Shown here: one piece after another, positions 27,776 through 36,626 of the stretch
Layout of the letters: each line of letters begins with the position of its first letter
Position numbering within the stretch: position 1 is the stretch's first letter
Position numbers and translations under genes: made by a program
NCBI GenBank assembly: GCA_963707915.1
Contig: OY970178.1
Location: 3,488,001 to 3,552,000 of the forward strand
Source of the DNA: Candidatus Eiseniibacteriota bacterium
Lineage (GTDB): Bacteria; Eisenbacteria; RBG-16-71-46
Length of the DNA: 64,000 nt
Direction: 5' to 3'
The notes under the pieces: generated by a model
Database searches by the model: none
Told to the model about the DNA's origin: nothing
The model's input: the letters and a program-made list of their open reading frames with translations, nothing else

Positions 27776-28987
27776 GTGAGCGACCCCCGACTCGTGCCCG
27801 AGGAACCTGTGCCGGCCGCAACTCCATCCCCAGGCGCTCGTGTGTCGGACCGACTGCCGCAGCCGCTCGCGCTCGCGAGTGTGTGGGCGGGAGACGCCCT
27901 TGCGCTCATCGTGGGTGGGAGCCACGCCTCCGGATCGGGGGTGTGGGCCACGCTCGGGGGCCGCGAGGTCTGCCTCTCGGACCTGGATGTCTATGCCGTG
28001 GTCCGGGACCGTGCCGCCCAGCGGGCAGCGGAGATCCGTGCCCGTGCCGACCGCCCCGGGCTGCGCGCGCGGTTGCTGGACTGGGGGCTCGCGGCGCCGC
28101 TCGAGGTGGCCTTCCTCGTTCCCGCGGATCTCATGCGCCTGCCGGCGCGTCCCGCCACTCTCGAGTTGGCGCGCCACGGGCTCGTCATCGCCGGTGATCC
28201 GGTCTGGCGCGACCGCGTCCCGCGCTGGGAGCCGGGGGACGTGAGCCGCGAGGAGGTCCGGCTGCTGCACGAGAACCGCGCCTTCGAACTGTTGCTCGCC
28301 TGGCCGTCGCTGGCGGCCGCGGTTCCGCTGGCGCGGCTGCAGGCGCGCCACGCCGTGCTCAAGTGCGCGCTCGACGTGGTCCGCGTCGAAGCGCTCGGCC
28401 GCGGCGAATACCCGGAAGGCCCCGCCGCGCTCGCGGAGTGGGCCGCCCGGTCCGGGGGGGCCGCGCTGGGCGGGACCCGGCGAACCGCGTTCCCCGGGGT
28501 GCTCGAGGCGGCAGTCGCCTGGCGCGCGGGCCGGGTGACGGAGCTCGATGCCGTCGCGGCGCGCGAGGAGTGGCGCACGGTGGTCGCGGCCTGGGTCGCG
28601 ACCTGGCAGTGGCAGGCGGGGGCCGGGTACGACGCTGCCGTCCGCGGTGCCCGGCGCGCCCGGCTGCGCCGCCGGCTGCGCCGGGCGCTCTCGTGGCCTT
28701 CCCGCAGTGGCCACGGGCCGTCCCTCGCCGGGCGCCTGCGCCACGCGCTGCGCGGGACTCCGCAGCACCGGGTGAACGCCTCGGCGGCGGTCCTGCTCGT
28801 GGCGGCGGGGGAAGAGGATTGGAGCGGGACGTCACCGCCGCTGCCCGCACCTGCGAAGCGTTCCCTCGCGACGCTCGGCGTGGCGCCGACGGTGGCGCGG
28901 ACGGACTGGGCTGCCGCCGCGCGTGCCGTGGTCGGCGCGTGGGACCGCTGGGTGCTCGACGGCCAGCGCACCGCGGAGTCCGTGTGA
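27776..28987 (+). CDS. Hypothetical protein with a Pol-beta-type nucleotidyltransferase motif
   Basis: 'LIVGGSHASG...SDLDVYAVV', a later 'LEVAF' carboxylate strand, then a helical domain. Confidence 0.55.
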   Translation: MSDPRLVPEEPVPAATPSPGARVSDRLPQPLALASVWAGDALALIVGGSHASGSGVWATLGGREVCLSDLDVYAVVRDRAAQRAAEIRARADRPGLRARLLDWGLAAPLEVAFLVPADLMRLPARPATLELARHGLVIAGDPVWRDRVPRWEPGDVSREEVRLLHENRAFELLLAWPSLAAAVPLARLQARHAVLKCALDVVRVEALGRGEYPEGPAALAEWAARSGGAALGGTRRTAFPGVLEAAVAWRAGRVTELDAVAAREEWRTVVAAWVATWQWQAGAGYDAAVRGARRARLRRRLRRALSWPSRSGHGPSLAGRLRHALRGTPQHRVNASAAVLLVAAGEEDWSGTSPPLPAPAKRSLATLGVAPTVARTDWAAAARAVVGAWDRWVLDGQRTAESV

Positions 28988-30135
28988 GAAGGCGCCTGGC
29001 CGTGCTGCTGGTGGACGCGCTCGGCTGGGAGTTGGCGGGGCGTACGCCCGGCTTCGCCGCCGAGTTGCCACACCGGCGCCGGATCGAGACCATCCTGGGC
29101 TTCAGCTCGGGGGCGTTGCCGACGATCTTCACCGGGCGGCTGCCGGGCGAGCACGGGCGCTGGCTCATGTACCGCCGCGCGGCCGGCCACAGCACACCCT
29201 TCCGCGGCTTTCGCTGGCTCGGTCTGCTGCCGCCGCGATTGCGGCGCAGCTGGAAACTCTCGGTGCTGCTCACCCGTCTCGTCGCGCGGCGCGGTGTGCG
29301 CGGCTATTTCAGTCTCTACCAGGTCCCCCGCGAACTGCTCGAGGAGTTCGATCTGGCCGAGCGTGAGGACATCTTCCTCCCGGGTGGGCTGCCCGGGGAC
29401 TCGCTGTGGGACACGGTGGTCCGCAGCGGCGTCCGCTGGCGCGGCTGGAACTGGCGCACACCCGAGCCCGAGGCTCTGGGAGCCATGGAACGCGCGCTCG
29501 AGTGCGGGCCCGAGGACTTCCTGTTCTGCTACACTGCCGGGCTCGACGCGGCGCTGCACCGGGAGGGGCCGGGCGGTGCGGACGTGCGCGAGCGGTTGGC
29601 GCTCTACGATGACTGGTTCACGCGCAACATCCGTGCTGCCCGGCAGCGCGGCGAGGAGTTGCGTCTGGTGCTGCTTTCCGACCACGGGATGCTGGACGTC
29701 CGCGAGACCGTGGACGTGATGGGTGCGCTCGCGGGGCTTTCCTGCCGCTGGCCGCGGGACTATGTGCCGTTCTTTGATTCGACCTTCGCGCGATTCTGGT
29801 GGCGTTCGGCTGCGGCGCGCGGGGAAGTGCGAGCCGCGCTGGAGGGCGTGCGCGGCGGCCGCTGGCTCGGGGATGACGAACTCGAGCGGGCCGGTGCGCT
29901 CTTCCCCGCGCGCGAATACGGAGAGGACATCTACCTGCTCGATCCCGGAGTGCTGATGGTGCCCTCCTTCATGGGCTCGCGCCCGCTCGCCGCCATGCAC
30001 GGCTACGATCCGGCGCATCCGGAGATGGCGGCCGTGGTCTATTCCAGCCATCCCGTGCCCGAGGACGTGCGTCACCTGAAGGACGTGCGCGGCTTCCTCG
30101 AGGATGGGCTGGCCTGGCTGACGGGGCCCCGGTGA
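28984..30135 (+). CDS. Alkaline-phosphatase-superfamily protein (nucleotide pyrophosphatase/phosphodiesterase-like)
   Basis: GTG overlaps the upstream stop. Motifs 'LLVDALG', 'FSSGALPTIFTG', 'LDAALH', 'LSDHGM' and 'AMHGY'. Confidence 0.8.
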   Translation: MRRRLAVLLVDALGWELAGRTPGFAAELPHRRRIETILGFSSGALPTIFTGRLPGEHGRWLMYRRAAGHSTPFRGFRWLGLLPPRLRRSWKLSVLLTRLVARRGVRGYFSLYQVPRELLEEFDLAEREDIFLPGGLPGDSLWDTVVRSGVRWRGWNWRTPEPEALGAMERALECGPEDFLFCYTAGLDAALHREGPGGADVRERLALYDDWFTRNIRAARQRGEELRLVLLSDHGMLDVRETVDVMGALAGLSCRWPRDYVPFFDSTFARFWWRSAAARGEVRAALEGVRGGRWLGDDELERAGALFPAREYGEDIYLLDPGVLMVPSFMGSRPLAAMHGYDPAHPEMAAVVYSSHPVPEDVRHLKDVRGFLEDGLAWLTGPR

Positions 30136-31712
30136 GACCAGGCGAGGTCGCCTATTCCGTCTCGCGCGGAGCCTTCTGGCTCACCGTGGAGAAGGCGGCG
30201 GCGCTGCTTTCGAGCGTGGCCTACTCGATGTTGCTGCTGCGCTGGCTGGGGCCGAGGCAGTTCGGGATCATGGCGCTCGCCCTGGCCTGCGTGGGGTTCG
30301 CCACCGTGGCGACCGGCAACTTCGAGGTGTTCCTCGAGCGCTACTCCGCCGAATACGAGGCGCGGGGGCTGCGTCGCACCCTGCGCCGCGCTCACCTCCT
30401 CGCGCTGGGCGTCAAGCTCGCTCTTGGACTCGTGGCGAGCGTGACGCTGCTGCTGCTGACCCCGTGGCTGGCCCGCTTCTTCGCCGTCCCCCAACTGCTC
30501 GTGCTCGTGCCGGTCCTCACGTTGATGGTGGCCTTCGACGGGTTCTCCACCACCGGACGCGCCACGCTCTACGGTGCGCAGGAGTTCCGCTGGCTCTCGC
30601 TGCTGGCCGTCTTCTTCCACTTCGCGAAGATCGTCCTGGTGGTCGTGCTGTGGCGGGGCCGCTACGATCTCTTCGCGCTGGCCCTCGGTCTTTCGGTGCT
30701 GGCCGTTGCCCTGGCTCTGGCGCAGGCCGCGGTGCCCCTGTGGATCCTGCGGCGCGCCCGCGATCGCGAACCGCCGGCCCCCGAGCGCGCCTGGCGCGGG
30801 CTGCTCCGCAGCATGTTCAGCTACTGCGTGCCCCTGCTCGGCGCGCGCATCACCTTCATGTCGGGGCAGAACCTGAGCACGATCGTGCTGGGGAAGCTGT
30901 TCAGCCCCGGGAACCTCGGCTACTTCAAGTTCGCCTTCCAGACCATCGAGCGCTTCAACGACCTGGCGAACGCGATCCCGTCCTCGCTCATGCCCTCCCT
31001 GACGCGTCTCGTCGCGCGCGGGGAGCGGGAGCGGCTGCGCCTGATCTTCGACCAGGCCCTCCGCCTGGTCCAGGCGCTGGCCTTCGTGCTTTCCTTCGGA
31101 CTGTTCGTCTTCGCCCGCGAGTTGACGGTGCTCATCGGTGGCTGGTCGTTCGAACCGGCCGTCCCGATGCTGCGCGTGCTGGCCCTGGTGCCGATGGCCC
31201 GCACCGCCCAGCAGCCGCTCACGATGCTGTTCCAGTCGATGCGGCGCCCCGGCACGGTGCTGGTCCTGTCCCTGGTCAAGTTCGCGACCGAGTTCGGCGC
31301 CTACTTCCTGCTGGTGGTCCCGCTCGGCGTCATCGGCGCGGCCTGGGCCAACCTGGCCGGCGCGGCGGTGGCCTTCGTCGTGGCCCTGACGCTGCTGGCC
31401 CGCATGGTCCCGGAGGGCACGACGGAGCGTGCGCGGTCCGGGCTCGCGGTCCTCGCGCTGCTGCTGCCGTTCCTGGCCATCACCCTGCTCTGCGACCTCC
31501 GCCTCCACGGGCTGCCACGGATCCTGGTCCACGCCGCCCTGGTGCCGCCCGCGGCAGTGGGGTTGTTCCTGTTCGGCCTGGTGCGCCAGGAGGACCTCGA
31601 CAAGCTGGCGGACCTGCCGCTGGAGCGACCCTGGACCCGCGTGCTGCGCGGGAGCCTGCTGCTCGTGCTCGGCTCCGTGGCCCGGCTGGCCGGGGTGAGG
31701 AGGACCGCGTGA
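30132..31712 (+). CDS. Wzx-type oligosaccharide flippase
   Basis: About 13-14 hydrophobic segments, with 'RWLGPRQFG' and 'LGYFKFAF'. Confidence 0.8.
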   Translation: MRPGEVAYSVSRGAFWLTVEKAAALLSSVAYSMLLLRWLGPRQFGIMALALACVGFATVATGNFEVFLERYSAEYEARGLRRTLRRAHLLALGVKLALGLVASVTLLLLTPWLARFFAVPQLLVLVPVLTLMVAFDGFSTTGRATLYGAQEFRWLSLLAVFFHFAKIVLVVVLWRGRYDLFALALGLSVLAVALALAQAAVPLWILRRARDREPPAPERAWRGLLRSMFSYCVPLLGARITFMSGQNLSTIVLGKLFSPGNLGYFKFAFQTIERFNDLANAIPSSLMPSLTRLVARGERERLRLIFDQALRLVQALAFVLSFGLFVFARELTVLIGGWSFEPAVPMLRVLALVPMARTAQQPLTMLFQSMRRPGTVLVLSLVKFATEFGAYFLLVVPLGVIGAAWANLAGAAVAFVVALTLLARMVPEGTTERARSGLAVLALLLPFLAITLLCDLRLHGLPRILVHAALVPPAAVGLFLFGLVRQEDLDKLADLPLERPWTRVLRGSLLLVLGSVARLAGVRRTA

Positions 31713-32419
31713 GCGGGCTGCGCGTGCTGGTGATCATCCCGGCGCACGACGAGCAGGAGAGCCTGCCGGGCACGCTCGACGAATTGCGCGCGGTCGCGGC
31801 GGGGACGGACCTGCTGGTGGTGGACGACGGCTCCCGCGACGGTACCGCCGGGGTGGCGCGCGCGCGCGGCGCCCGCGTGGTCCGCCACGTCTTCAACCAG
31901 GGCGTGGGCGCGGCGTTGCAGACCGGATTCCGCTGGGCGGTCGAACACGGGTACGAAGTGGGGGTGCAGTTCGATGCGGACGGCCAGCACGACCCCGCCT
32001 ACCTGGAAGCGCTGCTCGAGCCGGTGCGGGCCGGCCGTTGCGACGTGAGCATCGGTTCGCGCTACGTCGAGCGCTCCGGGTATCGGGCCCCGCTCGCGCG
32101 CCGCATCGGCATGGTGCTGTTCTCCGGCCTGGCGAGCGCGGCCCTGCGCACCCGGATCACCGACACGACCTCGGGCTTCCGGGCGTACGCGCGGCGGGTG
32201 ATGGAGGTGTGCCAGCACGACTTCCCGCGCGACTTCCCGGATGCGCCGCTGTTGATCATGCTCGGACGCGCCGGCTTCCGCATGGAGGAGGTCGCGGTGA
32301 AGATGCGCGAGCGCCGGGCGGGCCGGTCCTTCTACACGCTCGGCACGTCGTTCTACTATCCCTACAAGAACCTGCTGGCCTCGCTGATGGCGCTCCTTCA
32401 GCGGCCGGCACAGCCCTGA
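31709..32419 (+). CDS. GT2 polyprenol-phosphate glycosyltransferase (DPM1/GacI-like)
   Basis: Motifs 'IIPAHDE', 'VVDDGSRDGT', 'FDADGQH', 'IGSRY' and 'DTTSGFRAY'. Confidence 0.88.
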   Translation: MSGLRVLVIIPAHDEQESLPGTLDELRAVAAGTDLLVVDDGSRDGTAGVARARGARVVRHVFNQGVGAALQTGFRWAVEHGYEVGVQFDADGQHDPAYLEALLEPVRAGRCDVSIGSRYVERSGYRAPLARRIGMVLFSGLASAALRTRITDTTSGFRAYARRVMEVCQHDFPRDFPDAPLLIMLGRAGFRMEEVAVKMRERRAGRSFYTLGTSFYYPYKNLLASLMALLQRPAQP

Positions 32420-32429
32420 GGGTCGGCCC

Positions 32430-32822
32430 ATGGTGTTCCTGTCGAGGACGCAGGTCATCGTCGCGATCGGCGCGGTCCTGCTCGTGCTCTACGTGCTGGA
32501 CCTGGTGCGGCGCCGCAAGCTGTCCGAGGAATACTCGCTGCTCTGGGTGATCTCGACCGTCGTCGTCGCCGCGCTGGGGTTCTCGACGCGCCTGCTGGTC
32601 TGGGTGAGCCGGCAGCTCGGCATCGTGCAGGAGAACTCGACGGTGTTCGCCTTCGGGCTCGCGTTCAGCATGGCGATGCTGCTCCACCTCTCGGTCCGGC
32701 TGTCGCGGCTGGGCCAGGAGAACCAGGCCTTGTCGCGCGAACTGGCCCTGTTGCGACAGCGGCTCGAGGAGCCGGACCCCGGCCGGTCGCCGACGGTCGC
32801 ACCGATGGCGGGGCGGGAGTGA
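32430..32822 (+). CDS. DUF2304 small membrane protein (GacJ-like)
   Basis: 'LVRRRKLSEEYSLLW', three TMs and C-terminal 'LSRELAL'. Follows the GT2. Confidence 0.8.
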   Translation: MVFLSRTQVIVAIGAVLLVLYVLDLVRRRKLSEEYSLLWVISTVVVAALGFSTRLLVWVSRQLGIVQENSTVFAFGLAFSMAMLLHLSVRLSRLGQENQALSRELALLRQRLEEPDPGRSPTVAPMAGRE

Positions 32823-33826
32823 AGCGGTCGCTCCAGCTGCTCCTGGGAGTGGTCATCTCGCTGGCCGCGGTGTGGTTCTCCATGCGCGGGGTGAGCGTCC
32901 CGGAGGTCTGGCGCTCGCTGCGCCATTCGAACCTGCTCCTCTTCGGCGCCGTGATGGGGCTCACCCTGTTCAGTTTCTGGGTCCGGGCGCTGCGGTGGCG
33001 CTCGCTCCTGTCCGGCGGACGCACCGCCACGCTGGACAGCCTCTACAGCGCCACCATGATCGGCTTCATGGCCAACAACGTGCTGCCCTTCCGGCTGGGC
33101 GAGTTCGTGCGGGCCTGGGCGCTGGCGCGCCGCGAGAAGTGCTCGACCACGATGGTGCTGGCCACGGTCGTCGTCGAGCGCGTGGTGGACATGCTGACGC
33201 TGCTCGGGATCCTGGGCGTCACGATGCTGGTGCACCCGATCCTGGTGAACAGCAAGGCGGCGGAGTTCGTGCAGGCGGGCGCCACCTCGCTCATCGTGCT
33301 CACGGTCGGGCTCACGCTGGTCCTCATCGTGCTCGAACGCACGCCCGGGCTGGCGCGCCGCATCGTCCTGCGCCTCGGGACGCGGTTGCCCGAGCGCCAC
33401 CGCGGCCGCGTGGCCGCCGCGCTCGACCACTTCGTCGAAGGGCTGGGGCTGTTCCGCGACCTGCCCCGCCTGCTGTGGGTCTTCCTGCTGTCGTTCGTGC
33501 TGTTCGCCGGCTTCGCGGTGGCGATGCAGCTCAGCATGGAGGCGCTCGGCATCCGGTTGCCGTGGTACGCGGGCTTCACGCTGCTGGTCATCAGTGCGTT
33601 CGCCATCATGGCGCCGGCCGCCCCGGGCTACATCGGCACCATGAACCTGGCCTGCGTCGCCGGGCTCGCGCTCTTCGGGGTGACCGACCGCGAGCTCGCG
33701 AACTCCTTCTCGTGGTTCTACTGGGCGGGACAGTGGCTGCCGGTCACCGTGGTGGGCCTGTACTACCTGCGGCGCGAGGGGCTCTCGCTGCGCACGCTCA
33801 ACCAGGCCCAGGAATCGACTTCATGA
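32819..33826 (+). CDS. Lysylphosphatidylglycerol-synthase TM domain / UPF0104 flippase-like protein
   Basis: Motifs 'RALRWRSLL', 'GFMANNVLPFRLGEFVRA', 'VVERVVD' and 'PAAPGYIG'. Confidence 0.85.
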   Translation: MKRSLQLLLGVVISLAAVWFSMRGVSVPEVWRSLRHSNLLLFGAVMGLTLFSFWVRALRWRSLLSGGRTATLDSLYSATMIGFMANNVLPFRLGEFVRAWALARREKCSTTMVLATVVVERVVDMLTLLGILGVTMLVHPILVNSKAAEFVQAGATSLIVLTVGLTLVLIVLERTPGLARRIVLRLGTRLPERHRGRVAAALDHFVEGLGLFRDLPRLLWVFLLSFVLFAGFAVAMQLSMEALGIRLPWYAGFTLLVISAFAIMAPAAPGYIGTMNLACVAGLALFGVTDRELANSFSWFYWAGQWLPVTVVGLYYLRREGLSLRTLNQAQESTS

Positions 33827-33855
33827 CGGCGCGGACCGGGCGGACCGCGGGTGGC

Positions 33856-35061
33856 TCAGCGCGGGTAGTGCCCGACCACCTTGCGCACCGCGGCGACGAC
33901 GTCCTCGACGTCACGCGGGGTCATGTCCGGGAAGAGCGGCAGCGTGACGGCGCGGCGGTAGCAGTCCTCGGCGACCGGGAAGTCGCCGGCGCGCACGCCC
34001 AGCTTCTCCTGGAAGTAGGGGTGCAGGTGGATGGGGATGAAGTGCACGGAGGCGCCGATGTTCTCGGCGCGGAGCTCCTGGATGAAGCGCGCGCGGTCGC
34101 AGCCGAGCCGCTCCAGCTCCAGCGCGACCGGGTAGAGGTGCCAGGCGTGCACGACCCCGGCCCGCGGTTGCGGCCGGCGCACCTCGGGGACCGCGGCCAG
34201 CAGGGAGTCGTAGAGCGCCACCAGCTCCCGGCGCCGCCGCTGCATCTCCTCGAAGCGCTCCAGCTGGGCCAGGCCGATGGCCGCCAGCACGTCGCTGAGG
34301 TTGTACTTGAAGCCCGGGGCGACCACCTCGTAGTACCAGGAGCCGGTGTCGCTGTAGCGCTTCCAGGCGTCGCGGTTCATGCCGTGCAGCGAGAGCAGTC
34401 CGAGCCGTTCGGCCAGCGCGTCGTCGTCGGTGACGGCCGCGCCGCCCTCGCCGGTGGTGAGGTTCTTCGTGGCGTAGAACGAGAACGCGGTGACGTCGGA
34501 GAGCGATCCCACCGGCCGGCCGCCCAGCGAGGCCCCCAGCGCATGGGCCGCGTCCTCGACCACCGGGATGCCGCGCGCGCGGGCCATCGCGCCGATGGCG
34601 TCGAGATCGCAGGGGTGCCCGGCGTAGTCCACCGGCAGGAGGGCGCGCGTCCGCGCGGTGAGCGCGCGTTCGACCGCGCGCGGGTCGAGGCACAGCGTGT
34701 CGGGCTCGACGTCGACCAGCACCGGGCGCGCCCCGACGTGCTCGATGACGTTCACGCAGGCCACGAAGGTGTAGGTCGAGGTGATCACCTCGTCGCCGGG
34801 CCCCACCCCGAGCGCGGCCAGCGCCAGGTGCAGGGCGCCGGTGGCCGAGTTGACCGCCAGGCCGTGGCGGGCCCCGGCGAGGGCCGCCACGCGCCGGCCC
34901 AGCTCCACCGTCTTCGGTCCCGTCGTGATCCAGCCCGACTCGAGCGCGTCGAGCACGAGTTCCTTCTCGCGCGCCCCGATGGAGGGGCGGGAGAACGGCA
35001 GGAACGTGGCACGCACGGGTGTCCCGCCGCGCGAGGCGAGGGTCTCGGGCACCGGGGTCAC
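33856..35061 (-). CDS. DegT/DnrJ/EryC1/StrS-family sugar aminotransferase (ArnB-like)
   Basis: Motifs 'SGWITTGP', 'NSATGALH', 'EDAAHA', 'FSFYATKNLTTGEGG' and 'GFKYNL'. Confidence 0.92.
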   Translation of the reverse strand: MTPVPETLASRGGTPVRATFLPFSRPSIGAREKELVLDALESGWITTGPKTVELGRRVAALAGARHGLAVNSATGALHLALAALGVGPGDEVITSTYTFVACVNVIEHVGARPVLVDVEPDTLCLDPRAVERALTARTRALLPVDYAGHPCDLDAIGAMARARGIPVVEDAAHALGASLGGRPVGSLSDVTAFSFYATKNLTTGEGGAAVTDDDALAERLGLLSLHGMNRDAWKRYSDTGSWYYEVVAPGFKYNLSDVLAAIGLAQLERFEEMQRRRRELVALYDSLLAAVPEVRRPQPRAGVVHAWHLYPVALELERLGCDRARFIQELRAENIGASVHFIPIHLHPYFQEKLGVRAGDFPVAEDCYRRAVTLPLFPDMTPRDVEDVVAAVRKVVGHYPR

Positions 35062-35090
35062 GGTCGCCCGGCCGGAAAGGCAGTGGAGGC

Positions 35091-35136
35091 TGGCATCAGG
35101 CGTGCGATTCTAGGGCAGCACGTGCCCGGGCTCCAA
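35091..35136. promoter_or_regulatory. Overlapping divergent promoters (candidate)
   Basis: Minus strand TTGGAG-18-TAGAAT (35136-35107) faces the aminotransferase. Plus strand TGGCATCAGGCGTGC (35091-35105) has sigma54-like GG-N10-GC spacing but an imperfect -12 box. Confidence 0.3.
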
Positions 35137-35156
35137 CTGCCCGCACCGGGACCGCG

Positions 35157-36626
35157 GTGAGCGCCCGCTTCGTCCGGGCCACGCTGGGCCTCGCGGTCAG
35201 CCAGTACCTGGCCCGCGGGATCCTGCTGGCGCGCGGCGTGCTGGCCGCGATCGCCCTGGGTCCCGCGGGGTTCGGCCAGTGGAACGCGCTCAATCTGATC
35301 CTCGACTATGGTGGCTACGCCTCGAGCGGCGCCCTGCAGGGGCTCGACCTGCGGCTGCCCGCCCCGACCGCGCGGGGCGACGCGGCGGAGGCGCGGCGGC
35401 TGCTGGCCGGCGCCTGGACCATGGTGCTCGCGGGCGGGACGCTGTTCGCGCTGCTGCTCGTCGCCGCGCTCGCGAGCGGGCGGCCCGCACTGCTGCGCGG
35501 GATCGGCTGGAGCGCCCCGCTCCTGATGCTCGCGGCCGCGCTGCTCCAGCTCGTGCTGCAGTACCACGGCTCGGCGCTGCGCGCCCGGGGCCGCTTCGGC
35601 GCCGTGAGCGGGTCGGCCGCGGCGCAGGCGCTGCTGGGCGGCGGGCTCGGGCTGGCGCTGGTGTGGCGCTTCGGGATCCCCGGGATGCTGTGGGGCTGGC
35701 TGGCCGGCACGCTCGTGGCGCTGGCGTGGGTGCGACGGGCGGCGCCCGACGTGCCGCTGCGGCCCGGGCCGCCGGCGGAGGGCGTCCGGCTGGTGCGCTC
35801 CGGGTTCGTGGTCTTCGCGTTCTTCTCCGTCTCGCTCGTGCTGCGCTCGGTGGACCGGCTCGCCCTCATGCACTTCGGCACGCCCGCGGACCTCGGTGTC
35901 TACAGCCTGGGGCTCATGGCGGCGGGGCTCGTGCTGTACGTGCCCGAGGCGGCGGCCGCGGTGCTCTACCCGCGCATCGCCGCGGCCGCGGCGGGCACGC
36001 CGGGTCTCGAGACCGCGCGCGGGCAGGTGGCGCGCGCGCACCGGGCACTGGCGCTGCTCCTGCCGCCGGCGGTGGGGGTCGCGATGGTATGGGTGGCGCC
36101 GGCGCTGGGGTGGTGGCTGCCGCGCTACCGGGGCGCGGGGGAGTCCGTGCGGTTGCTCGCCCTCGGGGCGCTGTTGCTCTCCGGCGCGACGCTGCCGGGC
36201 TACTGGCTGCTGGGCCGCGGCCGCGGGCGGACCCTGCTGCTGGCCGGGCTGGCCTGCGCGGTGGTGACCGTGCTGCTGGTCTTCGGGGTCGCGGCCCGCG
36301 CGCCGCGACCCGCGCCGGTGGCACTCGCCGCGTGCGCCGGCTACGGCGCCTTCGCCGCGGTGATCGCCGCGCTCGCCGCGCGTGACCTGCGCCCCGGGCC
36401 CGGCGGCCGGCTGGGCTTCGCGGTATCGAGCTTCCTGCCCGCCGCCTGGGTCACGGCGGTCGCGTTCGCCGCCTGCCGCGTCGGGCCGGCGGAGTCGGCC
36501 CTCGCTGCGGGCGTGCGCACGGTCGCTGTGGCGCTCGCCTACGCGCCGGTGCTGTGGTGGCTGGGACGCGGCCTGGGCCTGCGCTCGCTCGCCGGCCTGT
36601 GGGCCCGCGGGGAGGCTCCCGCGTGA
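35157..36626 (+). CDS. Wzx-type oligosaccharide flippase
   Basis: GTG at 35157, multi-pass membrane protein with 'ALGPAGFGQW', 'SVDRLAL', 'LGVYSLG' and 'VLYPRI'. Confidence 0.8.
   Translation: MSARFVRATLGLAVSQYLARGILLARGVLAAIALGPAGFGQWNALNLILDYGGYASSGALQGLDLRLPAPTARGDAAEARRLLAGAWTMVLAGGTLFALLLVAALASGRPALLRGIGWSAPLLMLAAALLQLVLQYHGSALRARGRFGAVSGSAAAQALLGGGLGLALVWRFGIPGMLWGWLAGTLVALAWVRRAAPDVPLRPGPPAEGVRLVRSGFVVFAFFSVSLVLRSVDRLALMHFGTPADLGVYSLGLMAAGLVLYVPEAAAAVLYPRIAAAAAGTPGLETARGQVARAHRALALLLPPAVGVAMVWVAPALGWWLPRYRGAGESVRLLALGALLLSGATLPGYWLLGRGRGRTLLLAGLACAVVTVLLVFGVAARAPRPAPVALAACAGYGAFAAVIAALAARDLRPGPGGRLGFAVSSFLPAAWVTAVAFAACRVGPAESALAAGVRTVAVALAYAPVLWWLGRGLGLRSLAGLWARGEAPA

Noticed and set aside
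27776..30135. CBASS or toxin-antitoxin defence system
   Set aside because: No recognisable Cap effector, HEPN RxxxxH toxin or ancillary genes. The pair is translationally coupled into the polysaccharide operon.
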